Shown here one piece after another: positions 55,120 to 64,000 of a DNA stretch of 64,000 bases. Each line of letters opens with the position of its first letter. The stretch's first letter is position 1. A model generated the notes under the pieces. The model worked only from the letters and a program-made list of their open reading frames with translations. It made no database searches and was not told the origin of the DNA. Where the stretch lies: the IMG/VR virus record IMGVR_UViG_3300036766_000416, positions 96,001 through 160,000 of that record. One strand, written 5' to 3'. This DNA comes from a virus. Made by a program: the position numbers and the translations under genes.

Positions 55120-55739
55120 ATTTTACTTTTGGCATCTGCACAACCTATGAGAATATTCCACAACTACGAGAGGTGGTGACGTCCATTCAGGCCCTCAATG
55201 TTCCCCAAGCAGAAATACTTATCGTAGGTTCCTATAGTGGCTTCGATAGTGACAAGGTACACGATTTGGATTGCCAGCATATACTCGTTGATGGATGGCT
55301 ACCAAAGAAGAAAAATATGGTAGCGAAATTTGCTTACTATGAAAACCTTGTGATGCTCCATGACTACTATGTGTTCGACCCCGATTGGTACAGGGCCTAT
55401 CAAAAGTTTGAAGAAGAGTGGGATGTGTGTTCGAACCCACAGTTTCTCCAAAACGGAAACCGACACTTCACCGACTGGGTTGTGTGGGATTCACCAATCC
55501 ACCCACGGTATCACTCATTGTGTCATGACGACTGGACACAGACGAAGTATCAGTATGTGAGCGGAGGGTACTTTCTTGTCAAGCGAAGTTTTTTGAGAGA
55601 GAATCCTCTCAACGAAGAACTGAAACCCGGGTCACCAGAGGACGTTGAGTGGTCACTCAGAATCCGTGACAAAGCAGTAATCAAGTGTAACCCATGGGCC
55701 ATTGTGCGCCACAACAAGAAGCATAGGGACTGCAAATGA
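55116..55739 (+). CDS. GT2-like glycosyltransferase
   Basis: FTFGICT, EILIVG, KKN, VMLHDYY, GGYF.VK, EDVEWS.R. Confidence 0.7.
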   Translation: MNFTFGICTTYENIPQLREVVTSIQALNVPQAEILIVGSYSGFDSDKVHDLDCQHILVDGWLPKKKNMVAKFAYYENLVMLHDYYVFDPDWYRAYQKFEEEWDVCSNPQFLQNGNRHFTDWVVWDSPIHPRYHSLCHDDWTQTKYQYVSGGYFLVKRSFLRENPLNEELKPGSPEDVEWSLRIRDKAVIKCNPWAIVRHNKKHRDCK

Positions 55740-57106
55740 ATAAATTAGTGATCTTTGATCTGGACGGTGTGTTGATAGATAGCCGCAGGATTCACTTCCT
55801 GGCTCTCAATAGGGCCCTTGATCCTATTCACCCCAAGTTTTGTATCATGTGGGATGAACACTTGGCCAAGTATGACGGTCTCCCCACAACCAAAAAACTC
55901 AAATTACTTACCACTGAAAAGGGGTTGCCCGAACGGTTTTATGATGAAATTTGGAAAGAAAAACAAAAGCATACCGTAGAACTTTACAAAGAAATTCCAG
56001 AAAATCCCAGGCTCCAATCGATCTGTGATATTATCAAGTCACGGGGTATCAAGATTGCCGTGGCCTCCAATAGCATCTATGTCACCATGGCGATGGCGCT
56101 CAGTCGCATTGGTATCATTGAATATGTGGATTATATGGTGTCCAATGAAGAGGTCAAGCACCCGAAGCCCTACCCTGAAATGTATTGGAAATGTATGATA
56201 CAACTCAAGGCACTTCCAGAGAACACGGTGATCATCGAAGATAGCCATATTGGCCGTGAAGCAGCTCTGGCATCCAAAGCCCATTTGATACCTGTGAGGG
56301 ATAGTGAGGATACAACGCTGGCTCTTGCTGGAGAAATTATTTCATACTTCGCGGGTGTCAATAAACCACGGATACCTTGGCACAATAAGAAGATGAACAT
56401 TGTCATTCCTATGGCTGGCCATGGGTCTCGATTTGTGCAAGCGGGGTATACGTTCCCGAAGCCCTTGATTGAGGTCAATGGAAAACCGATGATCCAGGTG
56501 GTTGTGGAGAACCTGAACATCGAAGCACACTACATATTCATAGTTCAAAAAGAACATTATGAGAAATACCAACTCAAGTATATGCTCAATATGATTGCCC
56601 CAGGTTGCCATGTCATTCAAGTTGCCGGGGTCACTGAGGGGGCCGCATGTACCACGCTGTTGGCGAGAGAGTATATTGATAATGATGACCCATTGCTCAT
56701 TGCGAACTCGGATCAGTATGTGGAATGGAACTCCAACGAATGCTTGTATGCATTCACTGCTGACGGGATTGACGCTGGAATCCTTACTTTCAAATCAGTC
56801 CACCCCAAGTGGTCCTATGCGAGACTTGATGACCAGGGATTTGTTGCTGAGGTAGCCGAGAAGCGTCCTATCTCTGATCTGGCAACCGTGGGCATCTACT
56901 ATTGGAAGCGCGGGGCCGACTATGTGAAGTATGCGGAGCAGATGATACAGAAAAATATTCGCACCAACAATGAGTTTTACGCGTGCCCTGTGTTCAACGA
57001 AGCGATAGCCGACGGCAAGAAAGTGCGCGTCAAGAATATTGAAAAAATGTGGGGTATCGGGACACCCGAGGACCTGAAAACATACCTAGAGCGCCATTCA
57101 TCCTAA
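55736..57106 (+). CDS. HAD phosphatase fused to sugar-nucleotidyltransferase
   Basis: IFDLDGVL, KPYP, IEDS..G; then VIPMAGHGSRF..AGY..PKPLI, TEGAACT, IANSDQ, WGIGTPEDL. Confidence 0.88.
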   Translation: MNKLVIFDLDGVLIDSRRIHFLALNRALDPIHPKFCIMWDEHLAKYDGLPTTKKLKLLTTEKGLPERFYDEIWKEKQKHTVELYKEIPENPRLQSICDIIKSRGIKIAVASNSIYVTMAMALSRIGIIEYVDYMVSNEEVKHPKPYPEMYWKCMIQLKALPENTVIIEDSHIGREAALASKAHLIPVRDSEDTTLALAGEIISYFAGVNKPRIPWHNKKMNIVIPMAGHGSRFVQAGYTFPKPLIEVNGKPMIQVVVENLNIEAHYIFIVQKEHYEKYQLKYMLNMIAPGCHVIQVAGVTEGAACTTLLAREYIDNDDPLLIANSDQYVEWNSNECLYAFTADGIDAGILTFKSVHPKWSYARLDDQGFVAEVAEKRPISDLATVGIYYWKRGADYVKYAEQMIQKNIRTNNEFYACPVFNEAIADGKKVRVKNIEKMWGIGTPEDLKTYLERHSS

Positions 57107-57119
57107 GAAAGGTGATTTA

Positions 57120-57800
57120 ATGACAGACATGATTAAGAAATTTTGGGCAGACCAGGCATCTGGTTGGTCATTGAGCAACAAGAATCCTCTTGTGGGTTGG
57201 TACCATGAGCACAATGCCGACACACGAGAGGGAGAATTGTTGTTTCGCGGAGTCCCTATCAAAGTTGGTTCACTAGCTCTAGAGTATGGCTGTGGTCCTG
57301 GAAGGAATATGATCAAATTCAAAGAGTTTTTTCATCGAATTGATGGGGCTGACATTTCTCAGGAAATATTGAATAAATTGCCCCTCAATCTTGAAGAAGC
57401 AAATGTCGCGGTACCCAACCTCTTTCATACAGATGGACATTCACTCCCACTTGTCAGTGACTCTGGATACGATGTGGTTTTTTCTATTATCTGTATGCAG
57501 CATATTGCTTGTCGTTCCTGGAGATTGGAGTTGTATCGTGAATTTTTGAGGGTGCTTGTTCCTGGAGGGTTCTTTTGTTTTCAGATGGGGTTTGGAAAAA
57601 ATGATAGTGCCGCCGATTATTTTCACGACTATGACGACACCGACAATCACCATCGAGATGTGAGGGTTGAGGATGTCTCGGTGCTCCAAAAGGACCTGGA
57701 GGATCAAGGTTTCGTTGGGTTTGATCATGTATTGACTGACCCGTGCCACGATATTCATGCTCAGTGGATATGGGTGCGCGTCCAGAGGCCAGTGAGGTAG
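57120..57800 (+). CDS. Class I SAM-dependent methyltransferase (paralogue 1)
   Basis: ALEYGCGPGRN, IDGADIS, YDVVFS, RVLVPGG. Confidence 0.85.
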   Translation: MTDMIKKFWADQASGWSLSNKNPLVGWYHEHNADTREGELLFRGVPIKVGSLALEYGCGPGRNMIKFKEFFHRIDGADISQEILNKLPLNLEEANVAVPNLFHTDGHSLPLVSDSGYDVVFSIICMQHIACRSWRLELYREFLRVLVPGGFFCFQMGFGKNDSAADYFHDYDDTDNHHRDVRVEDVSVLQKDLEDQGFVGFDHVLTDPCHDIHAQWIWVRVQRPVR

Positions 57801-57803
57801 GGA

Positions 57804-58352
57804 ATGCACAAGCACCACATAATTCCTAGACACATGGGCGGGACTGATGAAGCATCTAATATCAAAGAAATAACCATTAAGGAACATGCAGAAGAACATT
57901 ATAAATTATGGAAACATTATGGGTATTGGCAAGATGAAGTTGCTTGGAGAGCATTATCTGGACAAATTTCTTGCGAAGAGGCTACCAAGGAGGCAACCTC
58001 AAGGGCTCGCAAGGGAATTGCTCTATCGCAGGAATGGAAAGACAAGATCAGTAGTTCTCTCAGTGGGAAGAAACATTCCGCTATCCATGTCGAAAAACAA
58101 CGTCTATCACACAAAGGACACAAACGGACACTGGAAACAAGAAAGAAAATTTCTATCGCTAGAGCAGGGAAGTTGTTGTCGGAGGAACATAAAAATAATA
58201 TTCGTTTGTCAGTAAATCTCAAGGACTGTAAAGAAAAACAAAGCAGTGCTAAAAGAAAGATCATAACATGTCCCCATTGTAATAAAAGTGGTTGTGGACC
58301 CATGTATCGTTGGCATTTTGATAATTGTAAGGAGAAAAGGAATGTCTCTTAG
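57804..58352 (+). CDS. HNH homing endonuclease
   Basis: HKHHIIPRHMGGTD..SNIKEITIKEHAEEH; C-terminal CPHC module. Confidence 0.85.
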   Translation: MHKHHIIPRHMGGTDEASNIKEITIKEHAEEHYKLWKHYGYWQDEVAWRALSGQISCEEATKEATSRARKGIALSQEWKDKISSSLSGKKHSAIHVEKQRLSHKGHKRTLETRKKISIARAGKLLSEEHKNNIRLSVNLKDCKEKQSSAKRKIITCPHCNKSGCGPMYRWHFDNCKEKRNVS

Positions 58353-59145
58353 TTGTTGGATACTTACCTTCAATCGTCCTGCTGCCCTCAATAGACAGAT
58401 TGATGCATTCAGTCGATGGACCGACGTGAAAATTTTCACCAATCACCCAGAGATCCAATTGACCGCAGAACACTCAGACCTTCATAAACGCGGGTTGCTA
58501 CCTATTCTCTATAATTCATTGTCAGACCCAGAGGCCACCTCATACTGTGCGCGAAGCTGGAATAATATTTTCCTGAAGGGTTTCAAAGACCAAGACGAAA
58601 TGATTTGTGTGCAGGACGACACCCAAATCAATGATTGGGAGCGATTTCGTGATTTGATTCTGGCAAACAAAGACCGCTATGACCTGATATGGGGACCTGG
58701 TGGTGATCAATTCTTTTACATGAAGAAGAAAATCTTGCAGACCGTTGGATGGTTCGACGAGCGGTACCTCGGGTGCTATTGTGGTGACGCGGATTGGCTC
58801 CAACGCATCTGGCAGCAGTATGACCACAATAAACTCTCGGTCTATGAGACTCATGATTGGGGATTCGTTCACAATGATATCGGTCTCGGACAATTCATCC
58901 CCACACACATTCAATCGAAATCCATCGACCCTAACTACGTCAATCAGCACCACGAGATTGAAAAGGTTGTTGGTGTGAGGACCAATCGTATTCTGGAGCA
59001 TTCACAGGCGTTCTATGTATCCAAGTGGGGCCACATGCTCAACGGCACGGGTCCTATTAGTCGTACCGATTTACCAAATGGTTCAATGATTACAGAGATT
59101 GATTGGTACCCATGGTTCACAGAAAAATATCTCAAAGGTAAATAA
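58342..59145 (+). CDS. GT2-like glycosyltransferase
   Basis: WILTFNRP, ARSWN, CVQDD, GWFDERY, DADW..R. Confidence 0.7.
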   Translation: MSLSCWILTFNRPAALNRQIDAFSRWTDVKIFTNHPEIQLTAEHSDLHKRGLLPILYNSLSDPEATSYCARSWNNIFLKGFKDQDEMICVQDDTQINDWERFRDLILANKDRYDLIWGPGGDQFFYMKKKILQTVGWFDERYLGCYCGDADWLQRIWQQYDHNKLSVYETHDWGFVHNDIGLGQFIPTHIQSKSIDPNYVNQHHEIEKVVGVRTNRILEHSQAFYVSKWGHMLNGTGPISRTDLPNGSMITEIDWYPWFTEKYLKGK

Positions 59146-59678
59146 TGAAAACGATCATCGAAGTGGGTGCCCATCAGGGTGTCGAAACCTTCAATTTTCT
59201 CACTGACTACGAAGCGGAGGTCTGGGCATTCGAACCTGATCAGTCAGAGTTCATCATACTGTATAAAATGTCACGAGAATTTCCTCGTCTCCATGTGCTC
59301 CCATTCGCGGTTGACATTGGGGATAACCAGGAACCCCTATTTCGCCGAGAGAATGGACAGAGTACCTTAGAGCCCCCTGCGTTTGGTACCAGTGTCGCCA
59401 CGAATTTCACGATGACCTGGACAATCAGACTCGATACATTCATGACGCTCTACTCTATTGGTCACGTAGACTACCTGCGAATTGACGCACCACTTCGTGA
59501 GGAGATGATCCTTGAGAGCCTGGGTGACCGAATCAAGGATATTGAGCGTGGTCGTGTCAGTCGCTATGAACACCGATCGGCGGTACCTGCGTTCCTCTGT
59601 GACCATGGGTTCAACATCATGAGTGACACGGTTTCAAACAATACACTGTGCCCTGACATAAAATTTTGGAGGTTGTGA
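59145..59678 (+). CDS. FkbM-like methyltransferase
   Basis: IIEVGAHQG, VWAFEP, IRLDTF, VDYLRID. Confidence 0.75.
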   Translation: MKTIIEVGAHQGVETFNFLTDYEAEVWAFEPDQSEFIILYKMSREFPRLHVLPFAVDIGDNQEPLFRRENGQSTLEPPAFGTSVATNFTMTWTIRLDTFMTLYSIGHVDYLRIDAPLREEMILESLGDRIKDIERGRVSRYEHRSAVPAFLCDHGFNIMSDTVSNNTLCPDIKFWRL

Positions 59679-60388
59679 TGGCTATTGAAGAAAATGATTT
59701 TTTGAAACGTCAGCAAACATTCTGGGGTGACATAGCCAAGAACTGGTCTCTCGAAAATAAAAATCCAATCGTAGGTTGGTGGAACGAGCACCAAGCTTTC
59801 GAAGAATACGACACCGTGTTATTCAGGAATATTCCTCTCACTGGGCACGAAGTGGCCTTAGAGTATGGTTGTGGCCCCGCGAGAAACCTTGTGCGGTTCA
59901 AAGATCGTTTTGCGCGAATCGACGGGGTTGACATTGCTCCAGACTGTATCGAGAAAGCGAAAGTGTATCTGTCGTCCCTGGGGTTACCAGAACCCAATCT
60001 CTGGGCGAACGACGGTCGCTCACTGCCGATGATTGCAGATGCACAGTATGACATCGTGTTCATGGTCATCAGTCACCAGCATATCACCAGTCGTTCGGTC
60101 AGACTCCAACTCTATAAAGAATTCCTGCGGGTCCTGAAGCCCGGCGGCTACCTGTGCTTCCAAACCGGGTATGGTCCAGGTCACCCAAGGTCGGTTGACT
60201 ACTTCACAGAGCACTACGACAACGAAGTAGACTTTGTGGACAAGGATGTTCGCGTTGAATCTATTGTTGTTATAAAAAAAGATTTGGAGGATTGTGGGTT
60301 CAAATGGTTGGACCATGTATTCACAAGAACCGTTCACGATGAACACCCATGTTGGACATGGATTCGTTGCCAAAAACCAAATGTATAG
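59678..60388 (+). CDS. Class I SAM-dependent methyltransferase (paralogue 2)
   Basis: ALEYGCGPARN, IDGVDIA, YDIVF, RVLKPGG; collinear with the 57120 ORF. Confidence 0.85.
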   Translation: MAIEENDFLKRQQTFWGDIAKNWSLENKNPIVGWWNEHQAFEEYDTVLFRNIPLTGHEVALEYGCGPARNLVRFKDRFARIDGVDIAPDCIEKAKVYLSSLGLPEPNLWANDGRSLPMIADAQYDIVFMVISHQHITSRSVRLQLYKEFLRVLKPGGYLCFQTGYGPGHPRSVDYFTEHYDNEVDFVDKDVRVESIVVIKKDLEDCGFKWLDHVFTRTVHDEHPCWTWIRCQKPNV

Positions 60389-60977
60389 TATTTACCAAAT
60401 AGTAAATAATATCAATAATAAGAGGTATGTTGGGTTCACGTCACTAAGAAATCCGAGAACTAGATTTATCCAACATTCATCTAAATCCAAAAGAGGTTCC
60501 AAGTCTCCCATACATTGTGCGATCAGGAAATATGGGAAAAATAATTTTCATTTTGAAATTCTAGAGCAAGGTGAAGATGGGGAGTATGGTAAAAATATTG
60601 TTGAACCTATGTATATTGAATGGATGGTGCCTGAATATAATTTGACTAGGGGTGGTGAGGGTGCTTTTGGTTATAAGCACACAGAACAATCAAAGAGCAA
60701 GTTATCCCAAAAACTAAAAGGAAGGACGTTTAGTGACGACCATATAAGAAATTTAGTAATAGCTAGGTCTTTTAGAAAAGTCACTGAGAGTTGGAAAATC
60801 AACAACGGTGAGGGACACGCAAAAATATTTATTATAACTTCACCTACCGGGCAATCCTACACCATAAAAAACCTAAGAAAATTTTGTAGACAGAATAATC
60901 TCCATCAAGGTTATATGGTTTCTATCGCAAAGGGTAAAAACAAATCCTATAAGGGGTGGAGGTGTAAATATCCATGA
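60381..60977 (+). CDS. GIY-YIG homing endonuclease
   Basis: SIYQIVNNINNKRYVGFT...RFIQH...AIRKYGK, YNLTRGGEG. Confidence 0.85.
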   Translation: MYSIYQIVNNINNKRYVGFTSLRNPRTRFIQHSSKSKRGSKSPIHCAIRKYGKNNFHFEILEQGEDGEYGKNIVEPMYIEWMVPEYNLTRGGEGAFGYKHTEQSKSKLSQKLKGRTFSDDHIRNLVIARSFRKVTESWKINNGEGHAKIFIITSPTGQSYTIKNLRKFCRQNNLHQGYMVSIAKGKNKSYKGWRCKYP

Positions 60978-61444
60978 TCCTTATTTCTCATAGAGGCAAC
61001 CTCAACGGGGCGGCTCCTGACCTCGAAAACACCCTAGGGTACATCGACACCGCTATCAAGAGTGGTTTTGATGTCGAGATCGACGTCTGGGGCATCGAAG
61101 GTCGCCTGTGGCTCGGTCATGATGCAGGTGTCAAGTCCATCTCCACGGGGTACCTTCATGACAACTTTGATCGACTGTGGGTTCACTGCAAGAATATCGA
61201 GGCGATCAACATGCTCCATGCCCATGCCCCATTGGTTCGACACTTTTGGCACCAAAAGGACGACTATACGATGGTCAGCAATGGGTTGGTGTGGTGCTTC
61301 CCAGGCAAGCAGCCACCAGCAAAGGGTGGCATTGTGGTCATGCCAGAACTCCTGATGACACTGGACGCGATTCGTTCGTATTGGAACCAGGGTGTCTATG
61401 GGATTTGCAGCGACTTTGTGGGGGTGCTCAAAGATCATAAATAG
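60974..61444 (+). CDS. Glycerophosphodiester phosphodiesterase-like protein
   Basis: ISHRGN...ENT, DVEIDV, LGHD, WVHCKN, GICSDF. Confidence 0.75.
   Translation: MILISHRGNLNGAAPDLENTLGYIDTAIKSGFDVEIDVWGIEGRLWLGHDAGVKSISTGYLHDNFDRLWVHCKNIEAINMLHAHAPLVRHFWHQKDDYTMVSNGLVWCFPGKQPPAKGGIVVMPELLMTLDAIRSYWNQGVYGICSDFVGVLKDHK
61437..61444 (+). promoter_or_regulatory. T4-type late promoter (CATAAATA)
   Basis: Octamer overlapping the stop of the preceding gene. Confidence 0.55.
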
Positions 61445-61473
61445 CTCATCGACCCATAATCCACCTGCAGAGG

Positions 61474-62103
61474 GTGTTCATGCTTGCCACAATCTACAAG
61501 GCTACCAATATACTTAACGGCAGACCCTACATAGGGTTCGATTCTTCTTGGCCAAACCGTCAAAAAGAACACCTTAGACAAGCCTTTCAACCAAAATCCT
61601 CCTCCTACTCCACTGCTTTCCACAAAGCTATCCGCGAATCGAAACCAGAATCATTTGTGTGGGAAGTTCTCTATACCTCTGACGATTTAGAGCACACTCT
61701 CAATGTCATGGAGTCTCGATTTATCCAAGAACACAACTCCCATCACCTTTATGGACATGGATACAACATGACCTTGGGTGGCAATGGGTCTGTGATACAT
61801 TCGTTGATTGAAATAGAGAAAATGTGCGAAGCACAGAAAAGAAGGTATACTGACCCAGAACAGAGGCGTCTGACAGGAGAGGCAATAAAGAAGTCCTATA
61901 CCCCCGAACTCATAAAAAAGAGGTCTCAGGGAACCAAAAAATCATATACTCCTGAGTTGAGGGAGATACGTCGCCAGCAAATGCTGTGTAAAAATCCAGC
62001 AAAAACTATGTCTAGGATTGAGTGTCCTCATTGCCACCTGGTTGGTTCCAGCAATAATATGAAACGATACCACTTTGATAATTGTGAGGTGTCGCGTGGA
62101 TAA
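61474..62103 (+). CDS. GIY-YIG homing endonuclease
   Basis: TIYKATNILNGRPYIGFD...RQKEH, GYNMTLGG; C-terminal CPHC...MKRYHFDNC. Confidence 0.85.
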   Translation: MFMLATIYKATNILNGRPYIGFDSSWPNRQKEHLRQAFQPKSSSYSTAFHKAIRESKPESFVWEVLYTSDDLEHTLNVMESRFIQEHNSHHLYGHGYNMTLGGNGSVIHSLIEIEKMCEAQKRRYTDPEQRRLTGEAIKKSYTPELIKKRSQGTKKSYTPELREIRRQQMLCKNPAKTMSRIECPHCHLVGSSNNMKRYHFDNCEVSRG

Positions 62104-64000
62104 ACTCATCATACCCCACGGACTGAATTTGGATAGGGCGTCTCTACCTCAGGTGAAATCCACCGATGTTCCTGATTATCTTCGTTGGCTCTCACAGCAC
62201 AAGCACTACTCTTCTTTCCGAACTGAGTTGCCTGTTGCCTCATTGTTCTTCACGCAAGGCAACCTGAACAAATCAAAAATAAAACATTTCATGACGGATA
62301 AAAGAGACAATCTCAGAAAACCTGTTATTGTTTCGGGAGATCATTATGTAATTGATGGACACCATAGAGTTACTGCTCTCCTGAACATGGACCCCACAGA
62401 TACCATACCAGTTATCATGGTCCATGCAAAGGTCCTGGACCTCATTACTGCTACTAGAGAATATCCGCGCTCATTCACCAAGAACGTGGTCGAGTCATTC
62501 GCGTTGGTCACTGAGGCCGCTGAGAAGCATACAGTTCTCACCTTTGGTCGCTTCAACCCACCCACAGCGGGGCACAAAAAGCTTGTCGATAAGGTCCACG
62601 AGGTGGCCAAGGAACACACGGCAGACCACCATGTGGTTCTCAGTCACACCCATGATGCTGAGAAGAACCCTCTCAGTCCAGCAGACAAACTCAAGCACGC
62701 CAAGCGGGCCTTTCCGGGCACCCATGTTTATGCGTCATCCACCAAGTACCCCACGATTTTCCACCATGCGGCCCATTTCCATAAAGCAGGTACCAAGCAC
62801 CTCCATGTGGTCGTTGGGTCCGATAGGGTCAAGGAGTTCCATGACTCCCTTCATAAATATAATGGACACTTCGACAAGGAAGGCCACGGATACAAATTCA
62901 AGAGTATTACAGTTCACTCGGCGGGTCACCGAGACCCTGATGCCAAAGGAGTAGAAGGTATGAGTGCGAGCAAGATGCGTGAACATGCCCATTCCGGCAA
63001 CTTCAAGGAATTTAGCAGAGGGGTCTCCAGTCATATGACACCTGAACATGCGAAAGAGTTATATCATGATGTTCGTAAAGGGCAGGGGCACCTGAAGGAA
63101 TCATGGTACAACACCAAAGTTGGACATGTTGAATTCAAAAAGGCAGATCCAAAGTGTAAACACTGCGGCGGCACAGGTTACACAGACAACTATAATGCCC
63201 ATGGAAGTCCAGCGGCTCCTGGTTTTGGAACGCACAATTCTTCAGCGTGCTCATGTACCAGTAAATGGGTAGAAGCTAAGTTGAAAGAGGAAGTTGTAGA
63301 AATCCTCGCCGAGGGTGTTCACGACGCCGGTATCTTCAAGGCTGTGTTCATCACTGGTGGCACAGGGTCCGGCAAAGACTTCGTGATGAAGAAGTCTCTG
63401 CATGGTCACGGTCTCACCGAGATCAACTCAGACACAGCCTTAGAGCACCTGATGCACAAAGGTGGACTGGACAAGAAGATGCCAGCCCACGAAAAAGAAA
63501 AACGTGACGTCACCAGAGAGCGCGCCAAGTCGATCACTGACCTCAGACAGCAGCTAGCGATTCATGGTCGCAATGGTCTCATCATCAACAGCACAGGTGC
63601 AAAGGCTGACCAGATCAAGAAACTCAAGGGTGCCCTGGAGGACCTTGGGTACGACGCCAAGATGGTGTTTGTTGATGCTTCCGACAACGTGAGCAGAAAC
63701 CGCAATGTCGAACGTGGCCAACGTGGCGGTCGCATGATTCCAGAGGATCTGCGAGCCAAGAAGTGGCGCGAGGCACAGGACAGTCGCGTGGTGTTCTCCA
63801 AGATGTTTGGACAGGAGCACTACCACGAATTTCAAAATGACGAGGACCTGCGGCACAACACTGATCCTGAGATTCATTCTCAAAAAACAGCGGAACTGGA
63901 TGACCTGTTCAAGACCGTCAGAAAGTTCACACAGCAACCACCCAAGCACCCCGTGGCTCAGGAGTGGGTCCACAGGAACCTGGGTAAACTGGCCAAGCAG
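62096..64000 (+). CDS. Multidomain protein (3' truncated): ParB-like, HxGH nucleotidyltransferase, Zn-finger and P-loop (zeta/AAA_33-like) kinase
   Basis: My translation is open from GTG 62096 to the window end (635 codons; absent from the ORF track): PVIVSGDHYVIDGHHR; TFGRFNPPTAGH...GSDR...MSASKMR; CKHCGGTG...CSC; AVFITGGTGSGKD...INSD...RNVER. Confidence 0.85.
   Translation, partial: MDKLIIPHGLNLDRASLPQVKSTDVPDYLRWLSQHKHYSSFRTELPVASLFFTQGNLNKSKIKHFMTDKRDNLRKPVIVSGDHYVIDGHHRVTALLNMDPTDTIPVIMVHAKVLDLITATREYPRSFTKNVVESFALVTEAAEKHTVLTFGRFNPPTAGHKKLVDKVHEVAKEHTADHHVVLSHTHDAEKNPLSPADKLKHAKRAFPGTHVYASSTKYPTIFHHAAHFHKAGTKHLHVVVGSDRVKEFHDSLHKYNGHFDKEGHGYKFKSITVHSAGHRDPDAKGVEGMSASKMREHAHSGNFKEFSRGVSSHMTPEHAKELYHDVRKGQGHLKESWYNTKVGHVEFKKADPKCKHCGGTGYTDNYNAHGSPAAPGFGTHNSSACSCTSKWVEAKLKEEVVEILAEGVHDAGIFKAVFITGGTGSGKDFVMKKSLHGHGLTEINSDTALEHLMHKGGLDKKMPAHEKEKRDVTRERAKSITDLRQQLAIHGRNGLIINSTGAKADQIKKLKGALEDLGYDAKMVFVDASDNVSRNRNVERGQRGGRMIPEDLRAKKWREAQDSRVVFSKMFGQEHYHEFQNDEDLRHNTDPEIHSQKTAELDDLFKTVRKFTQQPPKHPVAQEWVHRNLGKLAKQ

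Noticed and set aside
1-64000. tRNA genes, CRISPR arrays, integrase or IS elements
   Set aside because: No TTCGAATC-type T-loop in a cloverleaf context, no regularly spaced direct repeats and no transposase/integrase motifs were seen by eye.
1-64000. T4 MotA-box middle promoters
   Set aside because: No convincing TTTGCTTTA at -30 was found upstream of the replication genes; they have TTGACA -35 elements instead.

Overview
This 64-kb window comes from a large T4-like (Tevenvirinae/Kyanoviridae-type) myovirus, with nearly all genes on the + strand. Gene order: the head/tail module (gp17 C-terminus, 18, 19, 20, 67/68-like, 21, 22, 23, 3); uvsY-uvsW-gp55-47-46; peptide deformylase; an accessory DNA-modification/restriction-like island (about 18.6-26.9 kb); cobT/cobS; nucleotide metabolism; replication genes (45, 44, 62, regA, split 43, uvsX, 40-like, 41); a glycosylation/methylation cluster (about 52-61.4 kb); and a multidomain ParB/nucleotidyltransferase/kinase ORF that runs off the end. 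Eleven free-standing HNH/GIY-YIG homing endonuclease genes or remnants are interspersed. The strongest unexplained signals are: (1) the essential DNA polymerase is split 43A/43B, and 43B contains a 5-nt interruption (GGT-TA-GGT, with a TAG stop) directly after motif B, which a matched-codon ribosomal hop would repair exactly; (2) a roughly 470-nt, heavily base-paired non-coding region after regA; (3) an island combining a nuclease-helicase-MTase fusion, a two-gene split MTase, a PLP enzyme, an SPPY MTase and a 2OG-Fe hydroxylase; (4) recurrent leaderless starts and coupled micro-ORFs at sigma70-type promoters; (5) His-rich late proteins with capsid-targeting-like and gp21-cleavage-like motifs. 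All calls come from motif recognition by eye; no database search was run. No tRNA or CRISPR array was seen.
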